Origin: Antedon mediterranea | Lineage: Eukaryota > Animalia > Echinodermata | Assembly (NCBI RefSeq): GCF_964355755.1 | Contig: NC_092672.1 | Location: 1,054,001-1,118,000, forward strand | Length of the DNA: 64,000 bases | Direction: 5' to 3' | In this document: in pieces, positions 27,201 through 39,200 of the stretch | Layout: every line of letters begins with the position of its first letter | How positions within the stretch are numbered: the first letter of the stretch is position 1 | Made by a program: the position numbers and the translations under genes | The notes under the pieces: generated by a model | The model's database searches: none | What the model saw: the letters and a program-made list of their open reading frames with translations, nothing else | Told to the model about the DNA's origin: nothing

Positions 27201-30200
27201 GACAAGAAATCATCAACAAACTATTATAAATAACATAATGATATCCTTATTAGGCCTAATACATATTTTAACAGTAAAGAACCTAAGTCTACTTATACAG
27301 GTCAAGTCAAATTATAATATAATTATTCTACTTTAACAGTTCATATATCTGTTCCTTTTGTTCAATGTGTGGAAAATAAATAAATGAAACAAACAAACAA
27401 ACAGTATCTACAGTTTTAGTTAAAATTGTACTTTTTTTAATTGTATACTAGTTGGAACTTACTCTGGCAATTCTGTCAGTGTTGAGCAATTTACAAAGTT
27501 CATCTTCAAATCTGTCCAATGTTGGGTATAGGTTTATCTGCAACCTATCTAAAGTTGCAGGAATCTTTTTTAGTGGCCTTGGTTTTCGGAAATTGTCAGC
27601 ACCTGAAAGAATAAAATAAATAAATTTTTAAACATTCAAAGGTACTGATTGTGTGTTGTTTAGGTAATTAAAATGCATACTACTGTACTAATAGGCATGT
27701 ACTGCCAGTACGAGTACTACTGTACTGTACTAATAGGCATGTACTGCCAGTACGAGTACTACTGTACTGTACTAATAGGCATGTACTGCCAGTACGAGTA
27801 CTACTGTACTGTACTAATAGGCATGTACTGCCAGTACGAGTACTACTGTACTGTACTAATAGGCATGTACTGCCAGTACGAGTACTACTGTACTGTACTA
27901 ATAGGCATGTACTGCCAGTACGAGTACTACTGTACTGTACTAATAGGCATGTACTGCCAGTACGAGTACTACTGTACTGTACTAATAGGCATGTACTGCC
28001 AGTACGAGTACTACTGTACTGTACTAATAGGCATGTACTGCCAGTACGAGTACTACTGTACTGTACTAATAGGCATGTACTGCCAGTACGAGTACTACTG
28101 TACTGTACTAATAGGCATGTACTGCCAGTACGAGTAGCAACATATGATGTTATCCTTTGTAAAATTCAATTGGAATAGAGTATTGAATCTTCATAGGTAC
28201 GACATGCTAGCATTAACATTAAAGAGGGCTTAATATGCTAGCCTTCCAATTCCAGAGGTATTTTAATATGCTAGCTATCCAAATCCATGGGTTTCATACC
28301 TATTTCAGGATCTGCTATGGCAACCCCTGGTACCACATCAGTGGCACCCACTATGACATTTTCTGGTAGGAGGTGCATAATCTTCTCCAAATAGCGATGT
28401 GACTTAATGGTGTAGGTCATGTGACAATCGGATATCAATACCGTGTTGGGGTCATCTAAAAGAAATATTGTACATGTTTAGTATACTATACACCACACCT
28501 TATACTGTATTAATTCAATTTAATTTAAAACAAAATGCAAAGTACAGCGAAATTATTTCACTATTATCCTTAAACATGACAAACCTGTTCACATAACAAT
28601 ACATACAATACATGCAAATATATACAGTATACACAATATACATAGAAAAAAATCAACAAACATAAAAAAAAAAGTTTGAAACAAGAGTTTGGGAGTGGAA
28701 TTTTTCTTTTATGATAACAAATTTGACAAGATTTGAACTCAAGACCCTGGGATTGGTGCATACTGTAAGCCTCTTAACACCAAACTAAATATGTTGCTGG
28801 ATTGGTAGTAATGATCTCATGCCTCACCTTCTATGTCACCATTTACAAAGAGTAGAGCTCTTGGTGTGCCGTGCATCAGATCAACTTTTTGACTCACAGC
28901 TGGCTTCCCATCCGATGAGTCTACAATATCTTCTGTGTATGTAATATAAAAAACTAATTTATTTAGAGGAACATTCAAAACTTTTAATTACATTTATAAA
29001 CGCACATTTTTGGAAGTGAAATAATTTTCTTTTTAAGTAAAGTAAAATTTTATAAGCATCATTTTAATAAAGACAAATTTTAAAAGACAACTTTTCTAAT
29101 TTCACTTGAAAAGTAAACTCAACTTTTGAAATTAAAAAATTAAAATTATTTATTTATTTATTTATTCAATTTCTGCCATATACATAACAAAGAAGACAAA
29201 ACAATTATAAAAGGAGGCACGGAAAGACCAAACAGGTGCTAAACACCTATGCTAGTTGGTCAACCCAGAACAGAGAAAAATAAATAAATTATGTGGCATT
29301 CTAGCATCTTGTATATAACTGTATTTATTGCTTAAATAGAAGACTCATATACCTTGTTCAAATGGCTTCAGTAATCCCCACCCACAGCTTATCTGTTGAG
29401 CCTCTCCATTCTTTGGATACATCGTTCCAACGACCTCAATAACGAGTACTATATTTGGGTCAGTCAAAGACGTATGGAAGTAAACAGGCTGCAATACAAT
29501 AGTAGTTGTTATAATTTAATTTCTATTATATTTTTAATAACTTTTTTGCATTAAGAGCATTTTCTCATCTCCTTCCTTCCCTTTAAGTGTTGCCATATTA
29601 AATTTCTTTTGAATTTGTTTAATTAATTAACTTTTGGAGCTGCAGGCATTCTTTATTTTTTATGTTACATTAACAGATGAAAGATGGAGGACATACAATA
29701 AAATGGAAAGACAATGAAAAAAAAACCTAAATTAGTAACAATTTCTAAATTCAAACAATATTAAAATTAATGTTTAAATTATTAGAAATAATATAATAAT
29801 ATTTATTTGGTCAACAATGAAAAACAACCAGATTCTGCACTCACGCCATAAAAGAAAATACAACATTATAGATAGATTTAGATGTAGAACACATTTAATA
29901 AAAACACAACTACATTTGTCTTATCATATATTATAATATAGTTTTTGGATTGCCTGCCTTTGCTAGCCTTATAACACATTTAATAAAAGTACAACTACAT
30001 TTGTCTTACCATATTATAATGTAGTTTTGGATTGGCTGCCTTTGCTAGCCTTATAACACATTTAATAAAAGTACAACTACATTTGTCTTATCATATATTA
30101 TAATATAGTTTTTGGATTGCCTGCCTTATAATACATTTAATAAAGTACAACTACATTTGTCTTACCATATTATAATGTAGTTTTGGATTGGCTGCCTTTG

Positions 30201-33200
30201 CTAGCCTTATAACACATTTAATAAAAGTACAACTACATTTGTCTTACCATATTATAATGTAGTTTTGGATTGCCTGCCTTATAACACATTTAATAAAAAC
30301 ACAACTACATTTGTCTTACCATATTATAATGTAGTTTTGGATTGCCAGTACTTGCCCCTTTACAAGCCTTCTTTGGTCCTTTCCATGTTCTTCCAAAAAA
30401 TCTTTTAAAGGTGACATCAAAGAGACTGAGTCGTATTTCATATTCTGGCTTCTTACCAGTTCCTTCCTGCAAGATTCAAAGTTAATAGGCGGATTGGAAT
30501 AAGTGGCTTAACGCATATGACAAACGCCCCTGGTTTAGTACTGCCACCATGGTACTCCACCATGGTACTCCTCCATGGTACTGCCACCATGGTACTCCTC
30601 CATGGTACTGCTAAGGGGCCCTCTAACTAACGCTGGGTAGTTGCATTGAGGCTGCTTAAGTTCTGGCCCCCCTATGTTTAGCCAGTGAGTGCTCATAGCT
30701 GTTATGCCACTGATATAATATAGTACTGTGTAAGTTGAGAAGGCAATGACGGTGACAGTGTAGCTTAAAGTATTGTCTCATGATAATTTTTTTGGTTTTT
30801 TTTGCTGAATATGCCATTTTAATGTCACATAATAATTATCCACTTCGACCAAAAATTGGATCGAAAAAAAAAATGTATTTACCTGAATAAACTGTAATTT
30901 AAAGCAAAAAATTTTCAAATTGGCTGCCAGCCAATGGGTTTTGGTGAAATTTAACCATTTATTTTGTGATTTTATAAGTGAGAACATTATTTTTTTTTTT
31001 TTTATACTACGCAAGTGATTAACTTTATTAAAACTACAAAATAACATTATTCAAAGTCCGATTTAATTAATCTTCATTTTTCATGTTTTTCGGGGACAAT
31101 ACATCTTTAATACAAAGCCATGTCTGGAGCTACAGTAGGTATTGCACCTGCCATTTATGCGAGATGATAGGAGTAAAAAGGGAAATTGTGGATTTGATGC
31201 ACTAAAATACTTGTTGGTGGTCTAACTGAACTTTAACACAGAGACCCCATTTAGAATTGGGGTGGCCAAGGGCCCAAACATAAGTGTAAATGGGGTCTTA
31301 GTGGGGTCAAAGGTTAGGTTTACATTACTACTAAGTGCATTAGCACAAAAAAGAGAACAAGAAAATAGATTAAAACATAACTGATTATGATGTACAGATT
31401 GTAATGTTTAACATTAATGTATAAATGTCCTATCTAATCAATGTTAGCCTTTCTTATCATAAAAAGCTGTAATTAATCAAATATCTAAAGATCATTCACC
31501 TAGTATGTTAGTATGTTAATGTGTACCCAGACTTTAGACCTCTTTCTAACGTTTTTTAAACTTACTGTTATTGTATTTTCAAATATTAGTTTGATTAATA
31601 CTGGTAATGTTATGGCAATCTAGTTTTAACTTCTCTTGGCAATGGGCGTGGCCTCGTATTTTTACTGATAGATACAGTAAATAATTTTTGGGGAAGATCC
31701 AGGGGTGGGGGGATGTTGGAATACAGTAGCGCTTGGGTCGCAGTAGCGCTTGGGTCGCAGTAGCGCTTGGGTCGCATGCTCCCCCAAAAATTACATTACA
31801 AAACTACTTTTTGATATCTACTTTTGACAGATTATTATTAAAATATTATTATGTTATTGTTAGTTGGATCCGTCCCTGAGCTCTAAAGCTCTGTCCACAT
31901 TATCAAACTTTATGTGACAAAAAATGTGGTGTACACATATATGGACACGATGATGTCATATCACTACCATATTTGACCATATATCAATACCATATTTGGG
32001 TACATCACACTACAGTATACACACCACATCAAGAAAACTGCCTTTTAAGTTATATAAATCCTGAAGAACTACAATAAATGCCACCCAGTTCTCCTTCCTG
32101 CTATTCACATAATCATATGTTAGAATCTTTGACAATGTCAAGCGGTCATGTAATTGCTTTACTTCATCCGCTGATTGGCGGACAGTTCTGACAACGGGAG
32201 GAGCTGATTGGTTGGCAGGTCTAGTGACGGAATGATGGCTTAAGCTTGACTGTTCTTCTACAGGGTAAATAACTGTTGTAGTGATGGGACTAGATGCGTT
32301 ATTATATTCATCGTCAAAGGTGACCATTTGGCGCGACTGCCTACCGCTATGTATGGGATCATTAAAAGGATTATTAGAATAATTTCCAGATGTAGAATTA
32401 CGGTAACCAAAATAATCTGGTGATGCGGCATGATGGGAAAATTCTTGTGTTGGACTTTGGCTTCGCTCATCACGATTTCTACTTGTTTGTTCATTCTTCC
32501 GATGTGATTGCGACTTTTTTCCAGTTTTCAATGATGTATGTTTTGAAATAACAATGTCTGGAATGACTGGCAAACCATTCCGTAGACTGGAAACTGATTG
32601 CTGCATATCCATTAATCCTAGGGGCACCTTAGAATATAAACCCCCAGGGGCACCTTAGGATATAAATCTCCACAGGCACCTTAGGATATAAATCCACAGG
32701 GACACCTTAGGGTATAAATCCCCAGGGACACCTTAGGGTATAAATCCCCAGGGGCAACTTAGAATATAAATCTTTTTCTCCGGTACCAATGATTGCGATT
32801 TTTCTGCGCGTGTTCTTCAATTGAGATCAAATTCAAGATGAGAAGCCCAAAAACTTTTGAGCATTAGTAAAAGTTTCTATTTGAAGTATATTGGTAATAT
32901 GTTTCTCATATAAATGAACATTTTTCATGAAAACTGGCTTATTATAAGCCAGTTGTGACCACTTTTTCACAGAGGCCTTTGACAACCCAGTGGCTTAAAC
33001 AGAGATTGTTTCCTTTTTGCGAAAACTAAACCGTTTTATTTGTTGTGGCTACATCCATTGTCAACTTCTTTAATTACTATAATACTGTATTAACTATCCC
33101 CTTTGTTCGCTGGTCTTAATATATTGATTGGTTCTGAGAGCTCTTTTCTGTAACAGCAGCATTCAATAAAAGATGAAAGTATCAAATCACTAGCGTATCC

Positions 33201-36200
33201 TTTGAAGTGTCAATTATCAAATAAACATTCAACATTTCATAATTCAGTTTCTTCTAAACACGAGGAAAAAAATATCTTATTGTATGTTAAAAATACAGTA
33301 AACTTTTCAAAAACGTTCCTTCTACTTATTTCTAAGCCTACATGTAGGAGGCTAGACTGAATATTTAGAGTAGCACCTGATTTATTGCTGTTATCTGCTG
33401 AGTCCACAGTCTAAAACCAATAAAGAAATTGATGAAAAATGAAATCTACTTTAGATTATGATTCTTTAGAAATGCAGCCTGAAAGCTGTAGTAAAACATT
33501 CTGTAAATTCCATAGAGTCCTCAATCTAATCAATTTCACAAAAACTTGAAAGGAAACCACAAAAAAACAGCTATTCAATGCGTAATGAAATTATTACGAT
33601 CAATACACAATTAAAAGTGTACCATATTCAGTAGCGTGTTACACATTATTTTTATTATTAATACTGAAATATGATGACATTTTCTGCCATTATCATTATC
33701 TTCTCGTTAAGATAATGCCTTTCATAAAATATGTTGCTTTAAGATCTATTTTCTTTGTGGAAATTTGTTAAGACAACAATCTTAAAGTTAAAGATGTAGA
33801 GTCTGATGTTTAAAGCACATATGTATAGTAGAACAGCATCATTGAGATTTTTTCAGATGTTAATCAGGGCCGGCCGTAGCCACCAGTACGGTTAGTAAGG
33901 TCTCAACTTTTTCACAGCGTGTTGCGAAAACTGCACCACTTTATTTCTTGTGACTACATCACTGTCAATCACTTACAATTTTGTGAAACTCCATGTCAGG
34001 TTATGAATCCACTGTCTAGTTTTATTTTTTCAACGTATAATATACCATATTTCTCTTCAAACTGACTCGTAATAAATCCTGTAAAAACTTTCTAGCAAAA
34101 AATCAATTTGTAATTCCGATAAATCAGTATCTTCAGAGAATAAATTAACACGAAAATTCCAAACTAGAATTATGTGAGATCACAAAAACACATTTAAAAA
34201 AAAAACTTTTAAATCCGACTGTGACGATTGAAATCATTAAACTAGAAACATAATTAAGTTGCCTATTGCGGATTGAGATGGTAATTAAAACACAATTCTA
34301 AAAGAACGGCTGATAAAAGGGCTCAAATTTGATCTCCTGATTGGCTGTTTATAGTGTGAGCTCATCCAATCAAACATAATCCTAGTTACAACTCAACACA
34401 AGAGTAAACAAAAGCTCTCTGTAAATAATCGTACAAAGACGGTTTTCTTTACTCGAGGGAAGTGTCAATAAGTTTGTTCTAATTTTGTTTTAAACCAATT
34501 CCTTTCTGGTAATACTAAACAAGAATTGTCTTCACACACAGGTTGAATAACAACATGAGAAATTGTTTAATGTAACTGGATACATCACCATGGTAACAGC
34601 TGTTAACAACTGTTAAACCAGCATACAAATAACTTAAGTTGTTATGCCAGAGTTACCTTTCTTTTTTATACCTCCATGCCTTTGCTGACTTCTCCTCAGC
34701 ATTTAATACCCTTTAATCCTGCCATCTTAATAGATAAGTTGATTACAGTAAGCTAGAGGTGAACCCATCCATAATTAAATGAATTGAAAGTTTCTTATGT
34801 AATCGAACACAGAAACTATAATAGGATCACCTCAAGGATGTGTGTTAAGCCCCCTCTTATTTATTTTATATACCAATGACTGTAAGTCAACTTCTAGTAG
34901 CATACATTATTTAAAATACGCGGATGACACAGAGCTAGTGAAACTGAATATCATGATGAAACCGTTTTCGAATTGGTGTAAGACAAATTGCCTCTTACTA
35001 AACGAAAAGAAAACCAAAGTTGATTTTCGAAAAAAAATGTGCTGCTCTGGCTCCCCTAAAAATTAATAATCAGGAAATTGAATCTGTTGAAAGCTACAAA
35101 TACCTAGGTATGACTGTTGATAACAAATTTAGCTGGGAGAAACACTGTAAAAATACTATAAAAAAAGGAAATACACGACTGTTCTTTCTCAGAAAACTGA
35201 GAAATTATGGGGTAGATAGAACTGTATTAAATTTATTTTACTCTTCGATTGTTGAGTGTGCTCACTTTCTGTTGTGTTGCCTGGTTCTGTGGATGTAGAA
35301 CAGAAGAAAAAACCAGATTACAACGAATATTAAATAAAGTAGGTAGGATCACAGGATCTAGACATAATCTGGATGACCTTTGCAACAAAATCATAAGGAA
35401 AAAGGCTATGAAAATATGCGACGACTCAAACCACCCTTTAAATAAACAGTATGTTAAAATGAGATCAAAAAGACTAAATGTGCTGAGATCGTGCAATAGT
35501 AGGGTAATGCGATATTTTTATTCTTTTGTTCCGTATTCCATTAGACTGTTAATGATATTGCATAATGTGAATTTTTTGATGTATTGCTGTTTTTTATTAT
35601 TTATATAGTCAATAGTAGTTTTATGTTCATACTTGTACATTGTTAAATAATATATAGTGTTTTTAAATATTGTAATTAATTATTTTTATATGAAACGTTT
35701 TATATATTTTTGTACTATATTGTGAAAAGCACTCAAAATATTTTCCTATGTGGACGAAATAAAGTTGAATCTTGAATGAATCTTGAATACTGTATACAGT
35801 TTACACACAATTGATCTTTTCATAAAAATGTACTTTGAACATGTTTCTTTTTACACTGTGTTGTTTGAAATGGGAAAAAACATTTGGGAAAACACTATTT
35901 CATGAATAACATGTCATTATTTTAAAATAAAAACAATATTCACACAATACATACACAGAGCTACAATAGCAACAGCTACAACCAGTACTGGTGGTGGTAA
36001 CTCAATTTGAGAAATGATGTCACGGCATATTGAATATCGTAATTACGTTTAATTAAGCATTTAATTCGGCGTAACACAATCAAGATGAGTTTACAAACCA
36101 AGGTTAGGAATTTGGGTCACAAACATTGTTAAACTACTTGAATTTGACAATTAAATCAATAACCATAATCAATGAAATATAATACTAATGTGTAGAATAT

Positions 36201-39200
36201 TAAAATATAATTTTGAGTAAATTTAAAACAGTATATTGATTGATTGATCATTCATTTCAGAATAAAAACACTGGCATTCCATAAACATAAATTTCTGTTT
36301 TCTCATCAGAAAACATTCTGGTCTTTCTACAGTGTATCTTCCACCTCCAAACCTTCTTTTAAAGATTTATTGTCCCCCTGAAAAATTATTTTTACAATTT
36401 TTTTGTTGAATATAGAATTTTAATGTCACATAATAGTTATCCACTTCGACCAAAAATCGGATCTAAAAAAATTGTACTTTACCTAAAAAAAACTGTAATA
36501 TAAAGCTAAAAATGGTCAAATTGGCTTCCAGCCAATGGATTTTGGTTGAATTTAACCATGTTATCTTATAAGTGAAAACATTTTTTATTTTTTTTTTATT
36601 TTTTTATACAGAAGTGATTAACTACAAAATAACCTATTCAAAGTCTGATTTAATTAATCTTCATTTTTCATGTTTTTGGGAGACATTACATCTTTAAGCC
36701 GGGATGTTTTTTAGAATATATATTATTAAATAGAATATATCCATCAATTTTAAAGTTATTTTGTGATTTTTATATAAATTTATCTCTATTGAAACTTGGA
36801 TAATTGCTAATTTGGTTGCTTGGATACAAGTGAGCATTGCTAAAGCCTTAATGTGCAGCATCATAGCTTAATGTTTATTGAGGACAAAGTAATAAGATAA
36901 TATGTTATTTACAACAATACAGAGTATGTCAAATATTAAAGATACCACAGTACAAGTCTGTACTCTTACAGGTGTAATGCACAGTACTATACTACTGTTG
37001 TTTTGGTACCTTAATTGGTGTAATGCCAAAAATAGTAAATTAATATTTCAAAATGTTTTTATAGTTACTTCTATTTACAATTACTATGTAGCTATGGCAA
37101 CAAATGTTGCAGCTACTACTATGTAGCTATGGCAACAAATGTTACAGCTACTACTATGTAGCTATGGCAACAAATGTTGCAGCTACTACTATGTAGCTAT
37201 GGCAACAAATGTTGCAGCTACTACTATGTAGCTATGGCAACAAATGTTGCAGCTACTACTATGTAGCTATGGCAACAAATGTTGCAGCTACTACTATGTA
37301 GCTATGGCAACAAATGTTGCAGCTACTACTATGTAGCTATGGCAACAAATGTTGCAGCTACTACTATGTAGCTGTGGCAACAAATGTTGCAGCTACTACT
37401 ATGTAGCTATGGCAACAAATGTTGCAGCTACTATGTAGCTATGGCAACAAATGTTGCAGCTACTACTATGTAGCTGTGGCAACAAATGTTGCAGCTACTA
37501 CTATGTAGCTATGGCAACAAATGTTGCAGCTACTATGTAGCTATGGCAACAAATATTGCAGCTACTACTATGTAGCTGTGGCAACAAATGTTGCAGCTAC
37601 TACTATGTAGCTATGGCAACAAATGTTGCAGCTACTACTATGTAGCTATGGCAACAAATGTTGCAGCTACTACTATGTAGCTGTGGCAACAAATGTTGCA
37701 GCTACTACTATGTAGCTATGGCAACAAATGTTGCAGCTACTACTATGTAGCTATGGCAACAAATGTTACAGCTACTACTATGTAGCTATGGCAACAAATG
37801 TTACAGCTACTACTATGTAGCTGTGGCAACAAATGTTGCAGCTACTACTATGTAGCTATGGCAACAAATGTTGCAGCTACTACTATGTAGCTATGGCAAC
37901 AAATGTTACAGCTACTACTATGTAGCTATGGCAACAAATGTTGCAGCTACTACTATGTGGCTGTGGCAACAAATGTTGCAGCTACTACTATGCAGCTGTG
38001 GCAACAAATGTTGCAGCTACTACTATGTAGCTATGGCAACAAATGTTGCAGCTACTACTATGTAGCTATGGCAACAAATGTTGCAGCTACTACTATGTAG
38101 CTATGGCAACAAATGTTACAGCTACTACTATGTAGCTATGGCAACAAATGTTGCAGCTACTACTATGTAGCTATGGCAACAAAAATGTTGCAGCTACTAC
38201 TATGTAGCTATGGCAACAAATGTTACAGCTACTACTATGTAGCTATGGCAACAAATGTTGCAGCTACTACTATGTAGCTGTGGCAACAAATGTTACAGCT
38301 ACTACTATGTAGCTGTGGCAACAAATGTTACAGCTACTACTATGTAGCTGTGGCAACAAATGTTGCAGCTACTACTATGTAGCTGTGGCAACAAATGTTG
38401 CAGCTACTACTATGTAGCTGTGGCAACAAATGTTACAGCTACTACTATGTAGCTGTGGCAACAAATGTTGCAGCTACTACTATGTAGCTGTGGCAACAAA
38501 TGTTGCAGCTACTACTATGTAGCTATGGCAACAAATGTTGCAGCTACTACTATAGCTATGGCAACAAATGTTACAGCTACTACTATGTAGCTGTGGCAAC
38601 AAATGTTGCAGCTACTACTATGTAGCTGTGGCAACAAATGTTACAGCTACTACTATGTAGCTGTGGCAACAAATGTTGCAGCTACTACTATGTAGCTGTG
38701 GCGACAAATGTTGCAGCTACTACTATGTAGCTGTGGCAACAAATGTTTAGAAGCATTTAAATTACAGAATAGGCTTTACTGTATATAGAGGGCACCTGGC
38801 TATCAGATCCCTGCCATTAAAAAATTTAATAAAATATTGTATCACAAAAAATGGTAAACGATAATTTTTCGATAACAATTAAGTTACAGTATACAGCTAT
38901 TTCATTTATGCATATCTGCTTCAAGAAATATACTTAATGTTAATTTTTTAAACATCATATTTAATGTCTTGTATTTCTTTTCATGTTAGTAATAATTAGT
39001 ATGTCTTAATAACATTAATATTGAATTTAATTGAAGAACTGTAAATATTATTCAACAATCGTTAAATGAAAATAAGTGTTTAGTTTCAGTATACAATAGC
39101 GTTGCTATAGTACCAACTGACAAATATTGTTTTATGGTCTCATATACTCTTAGCAACAAACAAAACAAAATCAACTTATAAAACATGGAACGAGTCTTCT

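Noticed and set aside
37082-38747. 35-bp repeats as a CRISPR array
   Set aside because: Units are contiguous with no unique spacers, the context is eukaryotic, and there are no cas genes.
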